From Fibrobacteria bacterium (GTDB lineage Bacteria; Fibrobacterota; Fibrobacteria; UBA11236; JADFYW01), in assembly GCA_050294405.1 (NCBI GenBank), contig JBNKOC010000006.1, positions 1 through 24,174 on the forward strand: 24,174 nt of DNA, given 5' to 3'. Positions 16,770-24,174 of this stretch are shown here, piece by piece (the stretch's first letter is position 1; each line of letters starts with the position of its first letter). The notes beneath the pieces were generated by a model that had not been told where the DNA came from, ran no database searches, and saw only the letters and a program-made list of their open reading frames with translations. The position numbers were made by a program, and so were the translations under genes.

Positions 16770-17828
16770 ATGATTACTTTAATAGCCTACCTCTTCCTGG
16801 CGCTATTCGTTTCTTTTCTCTGTTCTATTGCAGAGTCCACATTGCTTTCTGTTCCTCCATCTTATCTTGTTTCTCTCGAAAAGAAGAAAAAGCCCTGGGC
16901 TAAAGGTTTTTTAGAACTAAAAGCCAACATTGAAAAACCGCTTTCAGCCATCCTTTCTTTAAACACAGTAGCCCATACCATTGGGGCGGCAGGTGTAGGA
17001 GCTCAGGCTGTAAAAATTTTTGGAGAAGCTGCTTTTGGAATAGTTTCTGCCATATTAACGATTCTTATTTTAATAATAACTGAAATAATCCCTAAAACCT
17101 TGGGTGCTAATTACTGGAGAGGATTATCAAGAATTTCCTACTATATTATCCGGGGAATGATTTGGATAACCTACCCCCTTATTATATTATCTTCAGTTAT
17201 GACCAAGGCCATATCGGGAAATAACAAAGAGAATACAATAAGCCGTGAAGAAATTTCAGTTTTAGCAAATATTGGTAAAAGCGAAGGGTTATTCTCAGAT
17301 AAAGAGAATAAGATAATTCAAAATATACTAAAATTAAAAAAGATTAAGATAACTGAAATAATGACGCCCAGAGTTGTAGTTGCCAAAGCAGACGAAAACC
17401 TGACCATGAAAGATTTTTTGGAACACAAGGAAAATTTAAAATTTTCAAGGATTCCAATTTACGAAAAAAAGAAAGAGAACATCACAGGCTATGTTGTTCG
17501 AAACGAAGTGTTTGAACACTTGGCTGAACAAAATTTCAATAAAAAATTAAAACATATCAAAAGAAACATTATTGCTTTTCCAGGGTCTTTAATGTTGTAT
17601 TCCTTGTGGGAAAAAATGCTGGAGGAAAAACAGCATATAGCCCTAATTGTAGATGAATTTGGCGGTATGGATGGAATAATCACCCTGGAGGATATTTTTG
17701 AAACTTTGTTGGGTTTGGAAATCGTGGATGAAAACGATGAAGTCACCGATATGCAAAAATATGCCCGCGAAAAATGGAAGCAGAAGCAGCAAAAATATGA
17801 GTATATAAACCAGCTAAATAGAAGTTGA
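16770..17828 (+). CDS. CNNM (DUF21) + CBS-pair membrane protein (CorB/HlyC-like)
   Basis: SFLCSIAES.LLS, ILSLNTVAHTIGA, EIIPKTLG, IMTPR, FSRIPIY and VDEFGGMDGIITLEDIFETLLG.EI.DE.D motifs. Confidence 0.93.
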   Translation: MITLIAYLFLALFVSFLCSIAESTLLSVPPSYLVSLEKKKKPWAKGFLELKANIEKPLSAILSLNTVAHTIGAAGVGAQAVKIFGEAAFGIVSAILTILILIITEIIPKTLGANYWRGLSRISYYIIRGMIWITYPLIILSSVMTKAISGNNKENTISREEISVLANIGKSEGLFSDKENKIIQNILKLKKIKITEIMTPRVVVAKADENLTMKDFLEHKENLKFSRIPIYEKKKENITGYVVRNEVFEHLAEQNFNKKLKHIKRNIIAFPGSLMLYSLWEKMLEEKQHIALIVDEFGGMDGIITLEDIFETLLGLEIVDENDEVTDMQKYAREKWKQKQQKYEYINQLNRS

Positions 17829-18053
17829 CCCAGATTTTTTTACCAGGTCGCCTGTTTAAGTCGCTGTCCCAAATTGGTTTAACTCCTCTTTTCCAGCTTA
17901 GCTCATTTGAAAAACCTCAAATTTTAAGCCACCCAACTCCCCAATCCTTCCAAAAATGTGGGAATTTTGCCCCAAATTGATTAAAAAAAATGAGAAATTA
18001 TATTTTACGACATTCTGTAATCAGTGGTTTTGGCCTAAAACATAAGGAAATAA

Positions 18054-19199
18054 ATGGAAAAATTGGTAACCTCTTCTTTTAGGTTAGGAATAGCTGGCGG
18101 TGGCCAATTGGGCAGGATGTTGGCTCTGCAAGCGGCAAATTGGGACATTATGACCCACTGCCTCGATAAAAATAAATTAGCACCAGCACATATTATTTGC
18201 GAAAAATTTTACGAAGGTTCCATAACAAACTTTGACGATGTTTTGGAATTTGGTAAGAACGTAGATATGATTACCGTTGAATCGGACAATGTTAATGCCG
18301 ATGCATTAGAGCAACTTGAAAAAATGGGCAAAAAAGTTTCTCCTAGTTCTTCCATATTAAGAGTTATTCAAGACAAGGGCCTGCAAAGAAAATTTTGCCA
18401 TGATCATGATATTCCAATACCTGAGTATAAAATTTATTCAAGCAAATCAGATCTTTTACAAGATTCCGCCATTCAATTCCCTTGCATAATTAAAACTCGA
18501 AAAGCCGGTTATGATGGCAAAGGTGTTTTTTTAATGAAGGATTCCACTGAGTTGGAAGAGCTCCCAGATGTTCCCCTTCTATACGAAGAAAAGGTCAACA
18601 TCAAAAAAGAACTAGCTGTTATAGTTGTCAGAAATAAAAATGGGGAAATGCTTTGTTATCCTTTAATTGAATTTTTTATGAAACCTTCCGCCTACATTGT
18701 AGACTATTTAATATCCCCCGCTAAGATAGATGGAAAAATACAGACAGAGGCCCAAAGTATTGCAAGTAAATTAGCCGAGGCCTTTAAGCTCGAAGGTATA
18801 TTAGCGGTTGAATTGTTTTTAACTGATAAAGGCAAAATATTGGTCAATGAATGTTCTCCCCGCCCTCACAACAGTGGGCACCAGACTATCGAAGGGTCTT
18901 TTACCTCCCAGTATGAAAACCATTTAAGAGGCATTTTTAACTTGCCCCTTGGAAGCTGCGAGCCCAAAATGCACGCGGCCATGATAAACCTTTTGGGAGA
19001 GCCCGAGGCTGAGGGCAATGTAAAATACCAGGGACTGAACGAATGTATGGCCGTTCGAGGCGTAAAAATACATATATATGGAAAACCGAAAGTCAGCCCT
19101 TTTCGAAAAATGGGCCATGTTACTATTTTAAATGAAGATTATGAAGAGTTATTGCAAATTATCCATAATGTTAAAACAAAGGTAAAGGTAGTCTCTTGA
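18054..19199 (+). CDS. purK: N5-carboxyaminoimidazole ribonucleotide synthase
   Basis: GGGQLGRML, GYDGKG, NECSPRPHNSGH, SQYENHLRGI and RKMGHVT motifs. Confidence 0.97.
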   Translation: MEKLVTSSFRLGIAGGGQLGRMLALQAANWDIMTHCLDKNKLAPAHIICEKFYEGSITNFDDVLEFGKNVDMITVESDNVNADALEQLEKMGKKVSPSSSILRVIQDKGLQRKFCHDHDIPIPEYKIYSSKSDLLQDSAIQFPCIIKTRKAGYDGKGVFLMKDSTELEELPDVPLLYEEKVNIKKELAVIVVRNKNGEMLCYPLIEFFMKPSAYIVDYLISPAKIDGKIQTEAQSIASKLAEAFKLEGILAVELFLTDKGKILVNECSPRPHNSGHQTIEGSFTSQYENHLRGIFNLPLGSCEPKMHAAMINLLGEPEAEGNVKYQGLNECMAVRGVKIHIYGKPKVSPFRKMGHVTILNEDYEELLQIIHNVKTKVKVVS

Positions 19200-19738
19200 A
19201 AAATTCAAAAAAACCTGCCGTCAGTATAGTAATGGGATCTGATTCGGATTTGCCTGTAATGAGTCAGGCCGCAATGGTATTAGAAGAATTAGGAGTTGAA
19301 TTTGATATCCAAATTGTCTCTGCCCACAGAACGCCGGAGCTGCTTTTTTCTTTCGGAAAAAATACCCACCTAAGCTCCGTTAAAGTAATCATAGCTGGTG
19401 CTGGCGGGGCTGCTCATTTGCCTGGTATGATAGCTTCCCTTACTCCTCTGCCTGTTATCGGCGTACCTTTGCGAAGCAGAGTATCCATTGATGGCTGGGA
19501 CTCGGTGCTTTCCATATTGCAAATGCCTCCGGGAATTCCAGTGGCAACGGTTGCATTGGATGGTGCTCGAAACGCCGGAATATTAGCAGCTCAAATCCTG
19601 GGAGCTCACGAGCCGCAACTTCTAAAAAAAGTTCAAGCCTTTAAAGAATCTCTTAAAAATTCAGTTACCGAAAAAATTGAAAAACTGAATAAAATAGGTT
19701 ATAAAAAATACCTGGCGGTTAATAAAAAGAAGAGCTGA
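19196..19738 (+). CDS. purE: N5-carboxyaminoimidazole ribonucleotide mutase
   Basis: MGSDSDL, SAHRTP, AGAGGAAHLPGM and QMPPGIPVATV motifs; 4-bp overlap with purK. Confidence 0.98.
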   Translation: MKNSKKPAVSIVMGSDSDLPVMSQAAMVLEELGVEFDIQIVSAHRTPELLFSFGKNTHLSSVKVIIAGAGGAAHLPGMIASLTPLPVIGVPLRSRVSIDGWDSVLSILQMPPGIPVATVALDGARNAGILAAQILGAHEPQLLKKVQAFKESLKNSVTEKIEKLNKIGYKKYLAVNKKKS

Positions 19739-19888
19739 GCCTCTTAAATTCTATTAGTCAATAATTACCATAGTATATCTCTCAAAGGAAAATTCAGAGG
19801 GAGACGGGAAAAGGCTCCTTACATAGCTGCAATAAAAATTTTGGCTTTTTCCCATTCTCAACAATGGCTAGGCCTTTCAAGCGCAACA

Positions 19889-20878
19889 CTATTTAATTAT
19901 AATCTGCCGGTTGACCAAAAAATTTGTCCCAAATATTTTTTTCCCAGTAACAGAGTAAATTGGTCCTGGCATGTGATTTGATTTTTTTTCCCAAACAAAC
20001 ATGCCCCTTCCACTTTTATCAAAATGATTGAGTTCTTTGGAAAAAGTGACAGACACTTGCTCTTCTTCCTTGGTTTTAGAAAAAATCCATTGGGGAACTA
20101 AAGGGTGATGAAAAGCCACCATCCATCCGGTACGGTGATCTCCTCCAATAACTTCTGAGTATAAATATTCGGCTCCCCTATCCACGGCAGCTTTTAGCGA
20201 GTCATAGGAAATGGAGGAAGGGTTCTTTGCCACAATTTCCAGAGGATCTGTTCCATTTATAATGGCATCACTATATGTATTAAGGCCGGGGCTGTTGTGC
20301 CAGCTATCGCTTATAAAACGCACAAATTCTTTTCCCGTGGCCTCAATGGCTTCAACCATTGTCCGGGTTCCACTTACATCCACTATGCCATCTCCTTCGG
20401 CATGAAAAGCCCAAAGTGGTGTTTGGGCTATTTTATCGGCCCCATTATTATTCCCCGCCCCAGCACATGCCAGCGCAGCAGCGAAATAGCCAGGCCTCAT
20501 TTCAACTAAATTAAAAGTCCCGCGAGCACCCATAGATAGACCAACGGTATATAAACGATTTGTATCTAAAGAAAATTCATTTTTTAAAGAGTCGATAATA
20601 TCATGCACTATTTGGATAGCCGCACTAGATCCCCAGGATAAATCTATGGGGCACTGGGGAGCCATCACAAAATGCGGGACTCTGTCTTGCAAACTATCTG
20701 CAATCCAGGTGCTGGCCAAATCTTCCCAGTCAACCTGAATATTATTATCATCCCCTTTTTCACCTACCCCATGCATAGCCACTAAAAAGGGATATTTATT
20801 ATTGGGATTATAGTCCTTTGGGATGAACAATCGATACATCATACGAGTGGAACCAGATTGAAAAGAGCGCCCCTCCAT
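19889..20878 (-). CDS. Alpha/beta hydrolase (predicted peptidase/carbohydrate esterase) with C-terminal sorting-like tail
   Basis: HGVGEKG.DN, APQCP, GLSMG nucleophile elbow, WAFH...D.IV and GGDH; tail IYSVTGK. True start probably lies upstream. Confidence 0.85.
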   Translation of the reverse strand: MEGRSFQSGSTRMMYRLFIPKDYNPNNKYPFLVAMHGVGEKGDDNNIQVDWEDLASTWIADSLQDRVPHFVMAPQCPIDLSWGSSAAIQIVHDIIDSLKNEFSLDTNRLYTVGLSMGARGTFNLVEMRPGYFAAALACAGAGNNNGADKIAQTPLWAFHAEGDGIVDVSGTRTMVEAIEATGKEFVRFISDSWHNSPGLNTYSDAIINGTDPLEIVAKNPSSISYDSLKAAVDRGAEYLYSEVIGGDHRTGWMVAFHHPLVPQWIFSKTKEEEQVSVTFSKELNHFDKSGRGMFVWEKKSNHMPGPIYSVTGKKIFGTNFLVNRQIIIK

Positions 20879-20979
20879 TTTAGTATGTACTTGGGAAAAA
20901 ATCGAACAACTTATGGAATAAGTTAAAAGCGGAAAATCAAAAAAAATTCCGCTAATAATAATATGAATAAAAATTGATT

Positions 20980-22716
20980 TTACTGGATAATTCGAATTTG
21001 AACTATTCCTGTTCCTTTAATCCCAGGAAGGGAAATCCATTCAGACTGTGCAAAATTATTATTTCTGCTATAAGACCAGATTTTTTGTCCATCGATGTTA
21101 TAAGCCTCTAATCCCAAGGCTCCCTCGGGCAACTGTATACGGGATACTCCCATTATGGCCGAAAACATATTCTGACTAGTCGCTGAAAACTCAGAACTTG
21201 CCAAACTTAAAGGGCAGGATTCTTCATTTAAAGAGCCTGTATACTCTACCTTATAAAACGCCTTTGGGCCGCCGCCATAGCCATTTTCACTCCACTGCAA
21301 TACATACATAGCCCCGTTGGCGCCAAAAATTATATCGATATCGCTTCCCCATTCATGGCCATTTACTGGGAAGTCTTCAATTTTATCCAGGCCTCCTTCA
21401 GAATTCACACGAATCATTTTGTGGGTAAATCTGGCCCAATCCCAAAAAATCATTGTGTTATGATAAAAAGGAGGGAACTTAACATCCGAATCAAGATCTG
21501 GGTCGTATTGGTAAAACGGACCCACCATTGCAGTTTCCTGACCGCTACCCAACTCCTGAAAGTCTTCCATGTTAGACCCTGCATACCAAATAATAGGAGG
21601 AATGGCCGGAGGTAGGTTAGTGATCCCCGTATTGAGGGGAGAAGTATTTACCGGAGCGTCGCAATCCCATTTTTCATCGGTAGGATTGTCACTTCCTCCG
21701 GAATAATCCACGATGTTGTAGGCGTAGTTATTTCCATTGCAATAGGGCCATCCATAAAACCCACCGCCCGGCTTCGTTAAATTAATTTCATCATGCCCGG
21801 CTCGGCCTCTGGTATCACTGTCTCTTCCCGCATCCGGACCGACTTCAGCGGTATATATCCAATCTGTATTGGGTTTAACAGCTATTCTATAGGGATTGCG
21901 GAAACCCATGGCTAATATTTCCTTCTTTACAAGAGACATATCTGTTTCAGGCATAGTTGCTTCAATGGTTTCCCAGAGATTTTTAGCTGGAATTTCATAG
22001 GTAGAACCAATTCCGGGGGAAGGGGTTTCGCTATCTGAAAAGGGAATGGGTTTAATTCTCAAAATTTTTCCTCTAAAGTCCATAGTGTTAGCTGCAGAGC
22101 GTCCCCCATCCGTAGTAGGAGTGCGATAATCAAAGGCGCCATAAGCCTGGTTGGAGCGGGGCGAGGTATCACAACCGGTGGTTATTAACAAATTGCCCTG
22201 GCTGTCAAAAGCCATGCCGGCCCCTAAATGGGCATTGGTTTCCTTAGGAATTGTGAGTAATATCTTTCTGGAATCCACATCCAATACATCTCCATTCATG
22301 GTAAATCGGGCCACCTCATCATCCGCATCCCTCCCTGGGGGCGAATAACGTATATATATCCATCCATTTTCTTCAAAATTTGGGTCAAGCGTAAAACTTT
22401 GCAAACCATGTTCATTGCTGTTTGCAACGGAAATTCTACCGGCCGTCACCATTCTGGGGCTGCCGCCATCTCTGAAAATTTTTATTTCTCCCCGGTAAAT
22501 TTCCGAAATAAAAATACGCCCATCTGGTGCTAATTCCATATCTGAGGGGCTGGATAAATCGGACATTGTTAAGTCCACCACCCGAAAATCACTTCCGGAT
22601 GGGGCTGGACAACTTGACTGCCCAAACAAGCCAGTTTGGCCCATCAAAATCAAAAATAAAATACCCGCAAAACAATTTTTGCCTGGCTCCCCAAAGAGCC
22701 CATCAAATCTGTTCAT
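20980..22716 (-). CDS. PQQ-dependent glucose/sorbosone dehydrogenase-family protein, secreted
   Basis: Signal peptide; APDGRIFISE, EHGL, H.GAGMAFD, RGKILRI, GFRNPYR, EVGPD, DEIN and YGWPY motifs; tail YNIDGQKI. Confidence 0.9.
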   Translation of the reverse strand: MNRFDGLFGEPGKNCFAGILFLILMGQTGLFGQSSCPAPSGSDFRVVDLTMSDLSSPSDMELAPDGRIFISEIYRGEIKIFRDGGSPRMVTAGRISVANSNEHGLQSFTLDPNFEENGWIYIRYSPPGRDADDEVARFTMNGDVLDVDSRKILLTIPKETNAHLGAGMAFDSQGNLLITTGCDTSPRSNQAYGAFDYRTPTTDGGRSAANTMDFRGKILRIKPIPFSDSETPSPGIGSTYEIPAKNLWETIEATMPETDMSLVKKEILAMGFRNPYRIAVKPNTDWIYTAEVGPDAGRDSDTRGRAGHDEINLTKPGGGFYGWPYCNGNNYAYNIVDYSGGSDNPTDEKWDCDAPVNTSPLNTGITNLPPAIPPIIWYAGSNMEDFQELGSGQETAMVGPFYQYDPDLDSDVKFPPFYHNTMIFWDWARFTHKMIRVNSEGGLDKIEDFPVNGHEWGSDIDIIFGANGAMYVLQWSENGYGGGPKAFYKVEYTGSLNEESCPLSLASSEFSATSQNMFSAIMGVSRIQLPEGALGLEAYNIDGQKIWSYSRNNNFAQSEWISLPGIKGTGIVQIRIIQ

Positions 22717-22937
22717 GAAAAAGTCCCCCAAATTATTAAAATAAGGTAAAAGCCCTATTTTCCCGGAATTTGTGTCTCCAACGTTCCCAAATGCAGGAAT
22801 TCCTGGAAACTTGCCCTTTTAATATAATGCCAAAACCAAAGGAGGACTTTGTAAAATTAAGGCAACTTTATCCATTTTTTTGCTAAAAATGAGGGAGTGC
22901 CTGGAAAGGCTGTTTCTATTTTTCAATTTTGCTGGAA

Positions 22938-24174
22938 TCAGGGAGATGTTTTCAGAATATAGACTCCGCTTTTTAGGCCATCCAACTTCAAATTTTCAAT
23001 AGAGACAGAACGTCCATTGAGATCAAAAATTTTTCCAACCTTGCTTTCATCTAGTATCTTTTTGAAAAAATGTTGCCCTGCTCCACCAACCATAGGCATA
23101 TAACTCAATTTTCCAATTAGGTTGTTTGATGAAGCCCGATTCTCAACATAAACTTCCTCTTTTACTTCCATTAGACTAAATCTTTGGCTGTCTTGCCCCA
23201 TGTATTCAGATAAGATACATTGTTCACCGGAAAGCTTTGAATCGCCTGGAAAACCTAAAGTCCGGTTTTGGTTTTGCATGTGAGAAAGTTTAGGAACAAT
23301 TTTAAATCGGTTTCCTATTTCCCACATCAGCCACAACTGTGACTCATTGTTATTTGAATTCCCGGCGCTGACATTATCCCCATCACTTTCAAGCAACAGT
23401 CCAGAATTTTCATTTACTATTTTGTAATAACCGTTCTCTTGGTTTTCCAGATTCCATATTTGATTGGGATTATTTAAGTCCAAGTCCCTTTGAATTAGTT
23501 CAGAATTATTTTCCAGCTCCAGGGCATGTTCGCTGTTTACATTAATAATCCTATACAATTTACCGTCCTTAACAGGCCACTCCCATTCCAGCGATTTTGT
23601 CAATACCCAGCGCGGGTAATCTGGATCACCGTAGGCCATATTCCAGGAATCGTGGTTTACATTTGGAAACACACTGTGGTTCACAAAATATCCGGCATTT
23701 CTGATTTCATCCACCAAATTTTTAGAGTTGCCGGGACTTGCTACTTGGTCCGCCCCTCCGTGAAAAAACCACATGGGTTTATCCATGGCATTGGATACAT
23801 CATCAGGATTCCCACCCTCAAACCAAGGACAAACAGGGACCCCCGTAGCAAAAATGTTCCCATCGTTTTGCATGTAATATACAGTGCCTGCTCCACCCAT
23901 AGAATTTCCAGTTACATGGATTCGGTTGGAATCAATATTAAATTCCTGGGACAAAGCATGAATTATGTCCAGCACATCACCATGCACATTGGAATTAACC
24001 CAACCAGCCGGAAAATTGTCCATTTGAGGCACTGCAACAAAGGATGGAAATTCTGTTTGTATTTCTTCCCTTGCTAAGGCAAAAGGACCGGCTGTTTGTC
24101 CTGTTACCTGGAGTTGGTTATCGCTTCCTCTTTCCCCTCCCCCATGAAGAAAAAAACTCAAAGGATAGGAAATG
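22938..24174 (-). CDS. Alpha/beta hydrolase + ricin-type beta-trefoil (CBM13-like) + C-terminal tail; 5' end outside the window
   Basis: HGGGERGSDN, GNSMG, WFFHGGADQV and NHDSW; QxW repeats (NQIW, SQLW, SQRF); tail FDLNGR...GVYILK. Confidence 0.87.
   Translation of the reverse strand, partial: ISYPLSFFLHGGGERGSDNQLQVTGQTAGPFALAREEIQTEFPSFVAVPQMDNFPAGWVNSNVHGDVLDIIHALSQEFNIDSNRIHVTGNSMGGAGTVYYMQNDGNIFATGVPVCPWFEGGNPDDVSNAMDKPMWFFHGGADQVASPGNSKNLVDEIRNAGYFVNHSVFPNVNHDSWNMAYGDPDYPRWVLTKSLEWEWPVKDGKLYRIINVNSEHALELENNSELIQRDLDLNNPNQIWNLENQENGYYKIVNENSGLLLESDGDNVSAGNSNNNESQLWLMWEIGNRFKIVPKLSHMQNQNRTLGFPGDSKLSGEQCILSEYMGQDSQRFSLMEVKEEVYVENRASSNNLIGKLSYMPMVGGAGQHFFKKILDESKVGKIFDLNGRSVSIENLKLDGLKSGVYILKTSP

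Noticed and set aside
18054..19738. purK preceding purE
   Set aside because: The order is reversed relative to E. coli but occurs in other phyla, so it is ordinary housekeeping.
23526..24077. 183-aa plus-strand ORF and other short antisense or overlapping ORFs in the track
   Set aside because: They are shadows of well-supported genes on the other strand or frame.

Overview
AT-rich bacterial window, probably Fibrobacterota-like (inferred from the C-terminal tails and domain layouts of the secreted proteins). Bases 1-6040 are a decaying integron-type cassette array with no integrase in view: three related attC-like sites (one intact, two broken at IS junctions) and one clear cassette carrying an AbrB/MazE + PIN toxin-antitoxin pair. 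The array is buried under IS elements: two IS481 fragments and a nested IS3 > IS110 > IS256 stack. The IS110 sits exactly in the catalytic 'DNG' codons of the IS3 transposase. Its 3' non-coding end contains a candidate bridge/seek RNA whose guide-like segments match that target (U at the two degenerate codon positions) and the element's own circle junction, and a TTGACA-17-TACCTT promoter forms only on circularisation. The rest encodes a GH114/GH166-like lipoprotein, a small membrane protein, an MFS transporter, two signal-peptide-less OmpA-domain proteins behind a 14-bp direct repeat, an orphan substrate-binding protein, a secreted protein with an apparently circularly permuted GH45 domain, a CNNM/CBS protein, purK-purE, and three probably secreted enzymes (two alpha/beta hydrolases and a PQQ-type sugar dehydrogenase).
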